From positions 32,001 through 96,000 of the IMG/VR virus record IMGVR_UViG_3300028591_000072: 64,000 nt of DNA. One strand, 5' to 3'. Positions within the stretch are counted from its first letter, which is position 1. Each line of letters begins with the position of its first letter. The notes below the pieces were generated by a model. That model searched no databases. It was not told the origin of the DNA and was given only the letters and a program-made list of their open reading frames with translations. This document shows, piece by piece, positions 9,561 through 18,860 of the stretch. Both the position numbers and the translations under genes were made by a program. Source of the stretch: a virus. Its lineage: Duplodnaviria > Caudoviricetes.

Positions 9561-12011
9561 TCAAATTTTATACAACCCAAGTTCTTTACTATAAGAATAT
9601 CCTTGTAGTAAGAATGGCCTATCGCTTCTGTTTGCCAATCCAACACATTTTTCTATGGTTGCATCGCCCCACTTCTTTATTCCATACACATATTTAAGTT
9701 CTTTATCCGTTGGGAAATTAAATCCTGTATTATTTGAAATCATAAAGTTATATCTTTCTTTGGACTCGATGCCGTTTGACTCTTCATCTAAGATATACGA
9801 ATCACATACGATTGGCTTCATATATTCACCACCGATTTTTGCTGTTACATATATATTATTGGAAGAACCACGATAAGACACTTCCTTTGACAAGCATTCA
9901 TAATCTTCGTTCACGAAAGAACTTCCACCTTTATATCTAATATTATAAAGTTCTTCTATGCTTGTTTTATAAAGTTTTGAAATGAAAAGTAAAAGTTGTT
10001 TTTCATTCTTTTTGTTGAACTCATTTCTTTCATTATACAATTCTGACTTTGTTATTTTAGTACCATCCATTGATGCAAGTCTGTCACACCATTTGCTTCT
10101 TAATTCATTATTGTATATACGATTTAAAAACCTATTATATTTTCTATTTGAATATAGAACAACGGTATAATTCACTTCGTCATATTCATTGAATCTTGAT
10201 GAACGTCCGCAACAAATTTGAACGGTACTTTCAGGTGTTGGTGTATAATGGATAATTGACATCGAAGAAATGTCAAGGCCAGTCCCAATAATAGGAGTAC
10301 CTATTACAGTTTTTTTGTCTTTTGATTCAAAAGTAGAATGCTTTCCATATAACTTATAAATCAATGATTCATTGTTATCTCTATCTTCTATTGAAAATCT
10401 TGCGTGTTCAAGAATAAAGTCACAGCCATTCTTTTTATGGGCAGTAAATAGGTTTTGTGCCAAATCAACTGTAGGTGCAATGGCAAAACAATTACAGTCA
10501 TTTTTTATTTCCAAGGATTCTGGAGTTTGGATTCTCTGTACATTAATATGAACCTTTGTATCACCACCATACACTTTAGATGGAATATATTCTGTTTTCC
10601 CACAGAATTTTTCGATTATGCCATTAAATCCACTTGCGCTTAAAAGCAACGTCTTTGCGTTAGTGTATTTGTTCCTTGCATAAAGCATATTAATGAAAGC
10701 GCCGAATATTGGTTCACCACAGAAGAATTCATGGTACTCATCAAAAATGATGTCACTAAAATAGCAATCCAAAAGGAAAGTTGACAATTCATTTCTTGAA
10801 TACCTGCTAAGGAATGTGTCAATGACAGAAACAACGATGTCACACTTTGAAACCGAATTTAATGGAATATTTGGCCCATCATTGAAATTGCACTTTTGAA
10901 TATCATTGCCATACATCAGGCACACTTTCACTTCATCGTTCATTCCCATTGTTTCCAATTCCGAAACAATTGAGCAGTAAGTTCCTTCAGCAATGATGGT
11001 TCTTGGAACAACCCACATCACCTTGCGACCAATTTCAAAATGGTACAACAAGCCAACAAGAGTTTTACCAAAGCCAGCAGAAGCGCCAACATCGCAAATG
11101 TTATGCTTGCTGTCTTTAATTTTATTCACAATACCACGCTGTTCCTGAAGTCTGCTTTCATCATAATGGCCCAAATCACACTTCTTGTTATAGGAGCTAA
11201 TTAAATGGTTTGTGAATATGCTTTTGATGTAATCACAATCCAAATTCAAGATTCTTTCATTATCAAATACCATTGAAGAAATGGCCCTGTCAGCATAGAC
11301 AATTAAAGCCCTGATGATTGCAAATTCCCAAGACTTATCCTGATACTTTTGTAGAGAACCCTGATAAGATGAGTTTTTCAATGGATTCAATAAAAAATTA
11401 TTAAGTGAATTGTCTGGTTCATTATAAACAAGTTCAGTTTCTATTTTAATTGGTGTTACCTCATCAATATCGCTAACATTATTCAAACAGAAATCTTTGT
11501 TAGTTGATACGCCAAATCCGAATTTTTCGTCAATATAAGACAGGCATTCGTTGTAAATTGACTTCATACTTTCAATACACTCGTTATCGCTAACAAGCAA
11601 ATCGCCAATAATGTCTGATGACTTTAATGAAAAATCGTCAATTACGGTGTGATGATACAAGATTGCAGAACGAATAGGTCTATACTTCGTTGTGCTAAGA
11701 GAACCAACAAATGAAGACGCAAATGCCCAAGAAATTGAATTGTGCCTGTAAAATCTGCAATTCTTTTTCAATGGATAAATTTCAATGCCCTCAGCATTGA
11801 TTCCTGAATTCTTGTTAATAATGTACTCTTGGAAATCTTTTGAGCACTTTCCAATGTCATGAAGTGCCGCCGCAATAGCAATTTTAGATAATAAATCGTT
11901 ATTTGTCTCTTTTAGGTTTTTTCTCGCCGTTTCTACAGCTAAATTGATAACCATCTTAGTGTGGTCAATTAAAGAAATTTTTGTTTCCCCATTAATTTTT
12001 GAAAATTTCAT
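9561..12011 (-). CDS. cas3: CRISPR-associated helicase/nuclease Cas3 (N-terminal HD + SF2 helicase, no Cas2 fusion)
   Basis: LIDH...ALHDIGK...H...ILYHH...ADRAIS HD motifs; ASAGFGKT Walker A; IFDEYH motif II; HARF and GLDIS motifs; adjacent to the array. Confidence 0.93.
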   Translation of the reverse strand: MKFSKINGETKISLIDHTKMVINLAVETARKNLKETNNDLLSKIAIAAALHDIGKCSKDFQEYIINKNSGINAEGIEIYPLKKNCRFYRHNSISWAFASSFVGSLSTTKYRPIRSAILYHHTVIDDFSLKSSDIIGDLLVSDNECIESMKSIYNECLSYIDEKFGFGVSTNKDFCLNNVSDIDEVTPIKIETELVYNEPDNSLNNFLLNPLKNSSYQGSLQKYQDKSWEFAIIRALIVYADRAISSMVFDNERILNLDCDYIKSIFTNHLISSYNKKCDLGHYDESRLQEQRGIVNKIKDSKHNICDVGASAGFGKTLVGLLYHFEIGRKVMWVVPRTIIAEGTYCSIVSELETMGMNDEVKVCLMYGNDIQKCNFNDGPNIPLNSVSKCDIVVSVIDTFLSRYSRNELSTFLLDCYFSDIIFDEYHEFFCGEPIFGAFINMLYARNKYTNAKTLLLSASGFNGIIEKFCGKTEYIPSKVYGGDTKVHINVQRIQTPESLEIKNDCNCFAIAPTVDLAQNLFTAHKKNGCDFILEHARFSIEDRDNNESLIYKLYGKHSTFESKDKKTVIGTPIIGTGLDISSMSIIHYTPTPESTVQICCGRSSRFNEYDEVNYTVVLYSNRKYNRFLNRIYNNELRSKWCDRLASMDGTKITKSELYNERNEFNKKNEKQLLLFISKLYKTSIEELYNIRYKGGSSFVNEDYECLSKEVSYRGSSNNIYVTAKIGGEYMKPIVCDSYILDEESNGIESKERYNFMISNNTGFNFPTDKELKYVYGIKKWGDATIEKCVGLANRSDRPFLLQGYSYSKELGLYKI

Positions 12012-12186
12012 TACTATAAAATTTTTTAATTTTATTTTTCGCCACCCGCCGTTAACTATGACTATGCAATATCAGTTGGGTAGCATCCTCTAATACTGCA
12101 TTTTGTTTAAATATATAATAAATTTTAGAAAAAAACAAATTCCTTTTTTGGGGAATAGTAAAAAATGTTTTTAATTAACAATTATA

Positions 12187-13471
12187 ATTATGATTCCATT
12201 TTGGATAATAGTAATAAAAGCACACATAACAGGATATTGCACGTCACCAACATTTTGATTCCGTTTTAGATGATAATACTAAACATTTTCAAGTAATCCT
12301 TCATTTTCCTGTGCTTTGTTATGATTCCATTTAAAAAAGATAGTTTTAAAAATGCACTAATTTTATGCTTTGTGTCATCGCTATTGTGATTCTATTTCAG
12401 ATAATAGTAATAAAACGTTCAATTTGAGTGAACTGTCCGATAATACCATTGTGATTCCATTTTCGAAATATAGTAATAAAAGTATCAACGCAACGCAAAC
12501 CAGTTCGTGCCATGTTGTGATTTCATTTAGAATGATGGTACTAAATAGTTATAGCCAAATCCATGGATGTGTAATTGTTGTTGTGATTCCATTTAGAAAA
12601 ATAATAATAAACAGTTCGTTTTGGATTTGAGCATCTGACCAACCGTTGCGATTCCCATTAGAAAAATAGTACTAAACATTAGCGTTCCATCTTTTTGAGT
12701 AAAGACGTTTGTTGTGATTCCCATTAGAAAAATAGTATTAAATAACAAAATCTATCGTGATGCTCGTTATCGGGAGTTATGATTCCATTTAGAATAATAG
12801 TACTAAACAGTATCTCAAGCAGTTCTTACTCCAAGAGCTCTGTTGTGATTCCCTTTAGAATAATAGTACTAAACAGTTTGGGGCGTAACAGAGTTATACT
12901 CAGCACCGTTGTGATTCCCTTTAGAATAATAGTACTAAACAGTCCCTTATCAGCAAACCTTTATATGTATTTAGTTGTGATTCCCTTTAGAATAATAGTA
13001 CTAAACAGTATTTATAGAATTTTTTCAAGGTTTCTTGGTGTTGTGATTCCCTTTAGAATAATAGTACTAAACAGTAATGGTTTGATGGCTGTGAAGTGCA
13101 TCATAGTTGTGATTCCCTTTAGAATAATAGTACTAAACAGTTCCATCTGTTAGACTTGTTACACCCATATTGTTGTGATTCCCTTTAGAATAATAGTACT
13201 AAACAGTAAAGCAAATTGATAAGATTTATGAAACATTGTTGTGATTCCCTTTAGAATAATAGTACTAAACAGTGTAGGCAACAGTAGTGTGTTTGACCCT
13301 CACGTTGTGATTCCCTTTAGAATAATAGTACTAAACAGTTATGGTCTTTATGATAAACTTCACAGCCATGTTGTGATTCCCTTTAGAATAATAGTACTAA
13401 ACAGTATTATTCACCTTATCAACAACAGCACCTACGTTGTGATTCCCTTTAGAATAATAGTACTAAACAGT
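12187..13471. CRISPR. CRISPR array: 20 repeats of 36 bp (GTTGTGATTCCCTTTAGAATAATAGTACTAAACAGT) and 19 spacers of 29-30 bp
   Basis: 10 identical repeats at 66-bp period (12842...13436) plus 10 progressively degenerate ones (12776, 12711, 12645, 12580, 12514, 12448, 12383, 12318, 12252, 12187). Confidence 0.97.
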
Positions 13472-13517
13472 GTATTCTTTATAATTAAATAATTCACAGT
13501 CAGTTATAAAAGAATTA

Positions 13518-14588
13518 TCAATGAATTTTTGCCCATTCTGATTCATAATCTTCCCAGCATACTTCGTTTTTTTCATCCTTAATACAAACAACTTCACAAA
13601 TTCCTCCATCAAGGAAAGTGCAAAATCCTTTTCCGTTGAGCAGAGATTCGTAAATTTTTTCATTGTAGATAGGAACGATTATTTGTCCATTAACAGAAAT
13701 TCTCTTTATTTTATCACCAATGTTATTACGAAGATATGTTTTTGTTATGGTTCCATCTATCCCATAGCCATTTTTAAGGTCTGTATTTGAACTAACTGTC
13801 GGATTACCGTATCTAAAGACGTTGTAAAACCAAGCAGATTGGTTTCCGCCTTTATCCCAAAGAGAAACCATTTCATCGTAAAACTTTCCAACTTTTTCAA
13901 TATATGATTCATCGGAAGACATATTATGAAGCAGGTGAACCATTTCTCCAAATGTATATGTTTTTCTAACATCATTTACATTAAGAATTTCGTTGAGAAA
14001 TGAAATGAATCTAACATAACCTGGATGATTTTCATTGTCGTTAAAAAGTCTCAGCAACATTGAAAAGTCATAAGTTCCCGGTGCTGAAACCTTTTCACCA
14101 TTTTCATCGAAATAGAATATTGTTTCGCCACCACGGTTGCTATTGATGGCGGACTTCCTTGATTGCATAAATTCACCGCCACAATTGTTCATTCCATTAT
14201 TAACAATACCGTAATACTCACCATCTTCACCAACAATCTGTTTGATAAATACATTATCAGGGTCAATTGGGGATTTAAGTTTATAGTAAGAATTCTTAGC
14301 CATTTCGTCACAGGCTTCGATACGCTTAACTGGAAAACCATTCGCTTTATTTGGCTTTGTTGGAACAGGTATTCCACCAATAAGAGAAATGAGCATATTA
14401 CTTAGTGTTGTATATGGAATTGGGTTACCAATGTCATGGCCTTTCTTTATGAACTTAATATCAACACCCTCGTCTTCTGAAATTTTCTTTATTACATCGC
14501 TTTTCTTGGCAATTTTAGGTATAAGATGCTCGTACATCATTCCACCATTTCTAAGCCTAAGAAGCATATATTTTTTAAATTCACTCAT
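13518..14588 (-). CDS. cas5: large Cas5 (Cas5fv-like, type I-F2/I-Fv-related)
   Basis: Position between cas7 and array; about 356 aa; N-terminal strand plus TTLSNMLISLIG helix and C-terminal VNGQIIV...GFCTFLDGG resemble Cas5 RRM ends; probable start is ATG 14588 because the GTG at 14627 lies inside a hairpin. Confidence 0.6.
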   Translation of the reverse strand: MSEFKKYMLLRLRNGGMMYEHLIPKIAKKSDVIKKISEDEGVDIKFIKKGHDIGNPIPYTTLSNMLISLIGGIPVPTKPNKANGFPVKRIEACDEMAKNSYYKLKSPIDPDNVFIKQIVGEDGEYYGIVNNGMNNCGGEFMQSRKSAINSNRGGETIFYFDENGEKVSAPGTYDFSMLLRLFNDNENHPGYVRFISFLNEILNVNDVRKTYTFGEMVHLLHNMSSDESYIEKVGKFYDEMVSLWDKGGNQSAWFYNVFRYGNPTVSSNTDLKNGYGIDGTITKTYLRNNIGDKIKRISVNGQIIVPIYNEKIYESLLNGKGFCTFLDGGICEVVCIKDEKNEVCWEDYESEWAKIH

Positions 14589-14605
14589 ATAATCATAAAA
14601 TTTAT

Positions 14606-14630
14606 GGTGTGGGCCGTTATTACCCACACC
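14606..14630 (-). promoter_or_regulatory. GC-rich hairpin between cas7 and cas5
   Basis: GGTGTGGG-N9-CCCACACC perfect 8-bp inverted repeat. Confidence 0.55.
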
Positions 14631-14650
14631 TTTATTATTTATTGTGCAAA

Positions 14651-15778
14651 TTATTCTACCACTTCTTCAGATGGATTATTTTTTCCGCTTCTACGTGCCT
14701 TTTTTTCAGACTTTTTGTCAGCAGCCACTAATTTAGCCGCCTCAGCAGCCTTTTTGCGTCCTTCCCATTCTTGGTGGTTTGAAGGTTCATAATATTGGCT
14801 AATTTCAAAAACAGGAAGTTCGTCAACCGATTTAAGTTCAATCCAGCCCTCTTCATCATTGATGATGTCGTTGCAAGAGTAAATCGGCTTATATTCAACT
14901 TTTACAGTGTGAGCAATCGCACCGTTTTTAACAATGTTGATGTCCAAAAGGCGGCCAGCCAATGTTTTAATAAGATAATTAACAAACTCATCATCCATTT
15001 TTGCGCCATATTCTCCATATGATTCACCATAAATTTCGTTGTTTGAAGAAAACACCCCAACAGTGTACGGAATCCTTCCATATGTCTTCACAAATGCTTT
15101 TTCAAGGTAGTTGCAACCTTCAATGTATGAAGAAGGCACAGCCAATCTGTCAAAGTATTTATCAAAAGAAAGGAACTGAGCCGTTTTCACATCGAAATAA
15201 GAATCGAAAACATATTTTGTTCTACCAGTGGTTTCCTTATAGAAAAGAGAAGTATCATTTCTGTCACCTGATTTGGTGAACATTTCCATGTAAATGACTG
15301 CGCCTTCGTCAATTGCATCAGTTAAGTTAAAGCAACTTTTCTTTCCGAATGACATGTTCTTATCTGCACACATATAGCCACGTGAATATCCAAGAGGATT
15401 TGCAATAAAGTTGCAAGCAGCAGCAGGGAAATTCCAAATCATTGGGTCAGCGTCACATGTTCCTCCAAAAATTGCGTGTCTGATGCAATTGTAGGAAATT
15501 TTAAGGTTGTACCCAAATTCAGGAACTTTCTTCTTTGCTTCATCAATGCTAACGCCATTTTCTTCGGCATATTTTTCAACAGCCTCAATGTATGCTTCGT
15601 GGCTTTGATGAAGCCCATAAAATTCTTTCTTTGCAAAAGTTTGGTTGTCATTAAATGCATTACCTGCACAATGTCCGTTAATAAAAAATTTTTGGTCAGT
15701 ACTATCATAATTAACAACACCATGGCCGTTAAGTGTAGTGCGGAATTTCACCGCCAAAATTTTATTATTTTTTTTCAT
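14651..15778 (-). CDS. cas7: Cas7 backbone subunit, Cas7fv (type I-F2/I-Fv)-like
   Basis: GHGVVNY, ISYNCIRHAIF, RGY, GDRNDTSLFYKETTG and QFLSFDKYFDR parallel, in order, the Cas7fv motifs as I recall them (GHGVVNW, ISQNCIRHHLF, GARDSTSFFSKTTFG, QFISLDKKFDR). Confidence 0.85.
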   Translation of the reverse strand: MKKNNKILAVKFRTTLNGHGVVNYDSTDQKFFINGHCAGNAFNDNQTFAKKEFYGLHQSHEAYIEAVEKYAEENGVSIDEAKKKVPEFGYNLKISYNCIRHAIFGGTCDADPMIWNFPAAACNFIANPLGYSRGYMCADKNMSFGKKSCFNLTDAIDEGAVIYMEMFTKSGDRNDTSLFYKETTGRTKYVFDSYFDVKTAQFLSFDKYFDRLAVPSSYIEGCNYLEKAFVKTYGRIPYTVGVFSSNNEIYGESYGEYGAKMDDEFVNYLIKTLAGRLLDINIVKNGAIAHTVKVEYKPIYSCNDIINDEEGWIELKSVDELPVFEISQYYEPSNHQEWEGRKKAAEAAKLVAADKKSEKKARRSGKNNPSEEVVE

Positions 15779-15804
15779 TTTTAAATTTTTATTATTACGT
15801 TTAA

Positions 15805-16503
15805 TTAATTATTTAGTTTTTTAGTTGTAGCAAACCCAAATCCACATCCAGTAGAGTTTCCAAAGCCAAGGTTAATAAGTTTTTCCCTTGCGGCCTTTTT
15901 ACCCTTAATAACAAGCATAATTGTTGATGATGGGGTGATACTTTGGTTTTCACATCCGAATTTCAATTTAACAAGTTTCTTTTTCCAATTCTCTTTGTGG
16001 AATGGCTGAAATTTAATTGTATTCACATCGCCTTCGGAAATACCATTATTGATTAATTTCTTTTTACTGTGTTCTAAAAGAATATTCAAGAAATCTTCAT
16101 CATTGAATGTAATTTCTTTGTTTGTTTTTGGGCTTTTAAGCCTTATGTTCGTAATTCTTACAACATCATATAATCTAGAAGTCTTATTTGCAATACATTC
16201 AAACCCGATAAACTGCATTGTTTGTAATTTAAGGTCTGTTTGTTCGGATAATCCGCAAAGAAAATCAGATAGAAATTCTTCATTGTCAGAAGAGACGCAA
16301 AAAAAGCCTCCATTTTTGAATTGAATCATATTTGTGCCTTTGTCATATTTTCCACCATGCATTGTTGAAACAGAGTATGGAGAAAATGAATCGTGCCATT
16401 TGTTGTTTTTTCCCAAAACGGTATGAACAAACCCGTTCACATAGTCATTTGTCGGCTTGTCAAACAATTCCGTATTAGGAGCAAAATTTAATTTAATAAT
16501 CAT
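15805..16503 (-). CDS. cas6: Cas6 crRNA-processing endoribonuclease (I-A/I-B/III-like, not Cas6f/Csy4)
   Basis: C-terminal G-rich loop GFGNSTGCGFG; N-terminal WHD.FS.YSVS motif. Confidence 0.88.
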   Translation of the reverse strand: MIIKLNFAPNTELFDKPTNDYVNGFVHTVLGKNNKWHDSFSPYSVSTMHGGKYDKGTNMIQFKNGGFFCVSSDNEEFLSDFLCGLSEQTDLKLQTMQFIGFECIANKTSRLYDVVRITNIRLKSPKTNKEITFNDEDFLNILLEHSKKKLINNGISEGDVNTIKFQPFHKENWKKKLVKLKFGCENQSITPSSTIMLVIKGKKAAREKLINLGFGNSTGCGFGFATTKKLNN

Positions 16504-16530
16504 ATTTCTTTAATTAACAATTATACAATA

Positions 16531-17322
16531 TTATTTTTTTATAATTTGTTTCTCATCAAAAACCGTGTCAAACTTTTCAAATTGTGTTTTTAAGACAAAA
16601 ATTTTTTCGTTTTTTTCTCCATTGTTTGAAGACATTCCATCTTGCATTTTCTTTTGGTATATTGGAATAAAGTCAGATGGGGCATTGTATTCACTAATCA
16701 TTAATATATGGCCATCATTTGCTGTTTTTCTGCACCAATTCCAAAATTCTTCATTGTCGAAGTTTATTTTATAACCTTTTGTATTACCATATGGAGGGTC
16801 ACAATATATAAATGCTTTTCCTTTTACATGGTCCATGATTGATTTGTAGTCACAGCAAATGAAGTCTGTGTTATTTATCTGTTTGAAACCGTTTATTTGC
16901 TTAACAGTGCCGCTATATGCTTCATATATATGGTTTTCGTTTTTATTTGGATTGTAATTTGCGTATCCATTCCACCAAGAGCCTCCATATGAACAAGCAC
17001 AACCCACATATCCTATTATGGAATCTTTATATCTACCTGTTTTGTTTTTGTAGTCTTCTTTTACATCATAATATTGTTCTTTGGCCAAATACTTAACAAA
17101 GGTCCACATATCTTCAGTAAAATTGCCATTCTTTACATCATTCCAAAACGCTATGACGTATTGGTTTGTGTCACATGTCAGTTTCTTGTTGAAATCAATT
17201 GCCGACAAACTGTTTGCGCCACCACAAAATGGTTCAATATATGTTGTGCATCCTTCAATACCCTTTGCGACAAGGCTATTGATTATTTTCGTCATTTTCT
17301 TTTTGCTTCCCTGGTATCTCAT
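16531..17322 (-). CDS. DNA adenine methyltransferase (D12/Dam class)
   Basis: MRYQGSK, YIEPFCGG and IYCDPPY motifs. Confidence 0.9.
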   Translation of the reverse strand: MRYQGSKKKMTKIINSLVAKGIEGCTTYIEPFCGGANSLSAIDFNKKLTCDTNQYVIAFWNDVKNGNFTEDMWTFVKYLAKEQYYDVKEDYKNKTGRYKDSIIGYVGCACSYGGSWWNGYANYNPNKNENHIYEAYSGTVKQINGFKQINNTDFICCDYKSIMDHVKGKAFIYCDPPYGNTKGYKINFDNEEFWNWCRKTANDGHILMISEYNAPSDFIPIYQKKMQDGMSSNNGEKNEKIFVLKTQFEKFDTVFDEKQIIKK

Positions 17323-18121
17323 AATTAAAGTCTTTAATGATGTTAAATTTTGGTTGGCCGTATTCGTTTATTAATTCATTTAATCTAAATTTTGTTTTTT
17401 TGTCTTTTTCAGCAATTAATACTTTTCCTGTTTTGTCTAATTCTTTTTTATTATATATGATATATTCAATGACTCCGTTTTTATCAATTTCATCTTGCAA
17501 TATTTTTTCTTTCCTCATTGCATTTAGCCTGTCTCTTAGTAGACTTTCATTTTCTTTTGCATAAAAGAAAAATGACTGAGGCTTAACTTGCATATACCTA
17601 ACATACGATGGGTCACTATGCTTTTTTATTATAAAGTCAATTCCAATTTCAGCATCAAGTTTCCCAACACATGGCTCAACAATAAAGTCATCTGAAGATT
17701 CCAATATGAACGAGACCATATACCTTTCCACAAAGTGCCCGTCATATGTTTCAGTTATTATATGATTAACCAAATCATCATAGCAGTCCTGTATTGTTAC
17801 ATTGGAATTTTTATCTTTTTTTATTATTGATTCATAATAACATTTTGCAAGATACTTCAATTGTTCGACACTTCTTCCAAAATTTTCATTACCTTTGTGA
17901 TTCTTATATGAAAACTCGTCATTATAATACGCTGTGTATTTGTTGAAAAAATCTTCAGGTGATGTCGGATGTAGTATTTTATAAAGATAAGAGCAATTTC
18001 CGACATATGGCCTTCCTGAAAATTTATTCCTGTATATTAGACTATATTTTTCGTTGAATTTCTTTTTTACCTTTTCATAATATTCTTTTTCTTTAAATGA
18101 ACAATCTATATTTATATCCAA
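17276..18121 (-). CDS. putative type II restriction endonuclease (PD-(D/E)XK fold)
   Basis: E...D.EIGIDFII...MQVKP.SF (D...QxK); overlaps the methylase start. Confidence 0.55.
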   Translation of the reverse strand: MDINIDCSFKEKEYYEKVKKKFNEKYSLIYRNKFSGRPYVGNCSYLYKILHPTSPEDFFNKYTAYYNDEFSYKNHKGNENFGRSVEQLKYLAKCYYESIIKKDKNSNVTIQDCYDDLVNHIITETYDGHFVERYMVSFILESSDDFIVEPCVGKLDAEIGIDFIIKKHSDPSYVRYMQVKPQSFFFYAKENESLLRDRLNAMRKEKILQDEIDKNGVIEYIIYNKKELDKTGKVLIAEKDKKTKFRLNELINEYGQPKFNIIKDFNYEIPGKQKENDENNQ

Positions 18122-18153
18122 ATTTATACATACTATACCGCTTTATTTTTTAC

Positions 18154-18447
18154 TCAATCATAAACAATCCAATAATTTTTGTATTGTTCAAATTCAGGAA
18201 GTCCTGCTTTAAGTCTTTCTTCTTTTGTTTCAGAATTTGCCAATTCAATTGCTTCATCTTCGTTTTCGGCAACACCTATATATGGGTTTTCATGGAAAAA
18301 TCTTTTAACAGGTGGGAAAACCTCAAATGCACGTGCCTCGTTATTAATTGCAGTTTTATGGCTTCTAAATAGTTCAAAACACTGTATTCCAAGTTCTTCT
18401 TTTATAAACTCACTTGCAATTTGTCTTCTTCTTGCTTCTTTTAACAT
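18154..18447 (-). CDS. hypothetical protein
   Basis: ORF in a co-directional run. Confidence 0.65.
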   Translation of the reverse strand: MLKEARRRQIASEFIKEELGIQCFELFRSHKTAINNEARAFEVFPPVKRFFHENPYIGVAENEDEAIELANSETKEERLKAGLPEFEQYKNYWIVYD

Positions 18448-18557
18448 AATTTAAAAATTTTTAATTTAGTTGATGTGCTTGATTCGAACAAGTCTTCCAT
18501 GCGCTTTGATGTGCTACCCTTCCTAATCCATAGGATTTTCTTTTCGGCCAGCATTTC

Positions 18558-18860
18558 TTACACCACACCCCTGTTATTTTTCAAATTTTCTTTTAAATCT
18601 TTTTCGCATTTTAGTTTGTTTAGTCGTTCTATTGTGCTTTCTATATATTCTTTATTAAACTCATATATCAGTTTCATCGCTGATGCAGGTATGTCAAAAT
18701 TGCAGTATTTTATAGCATTGCCGAAAAATGTACTTGTCTCTCCAAACGACCCATGTACAACATTTGGCCTTTCATCCTCAATTGAGTCCTTGAAAAACCT
18801 ATTCAACTTTTCAAGTTCAGGAAGAACGTAATCTACATCATATTTGTTATTAAAGTCCAT
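18558..18860 (-). CDS. hypothetical protein
   Basis: ORF in a co-directional run. Confidence 0.6.
   Translation of the reverse strand: MDFNNKYDVDYVLPELEKLNRFFKDSIEDERPNVVHGSFGETSTFFGNAIKYCNFDIPASAMKLIYEFNKEYIESTIERLNKLKCEKDLKENLKNNRGVV

Noticed and set aside
12133-12168. Possible 21st relic CRISPR repeat
   Set aside because: Too degenerate and off-period
12187-13471. Self-targeting spacers or a tracrRNA anti-repeat within the window
   Set aside because: None spotted by eye; needs a proper alignment search
12370-13492. Plus-strand ORFs with repeating VVIPFRIIVLNS
   Set aside because: Translation artefact of the 66-bp CRISPR period
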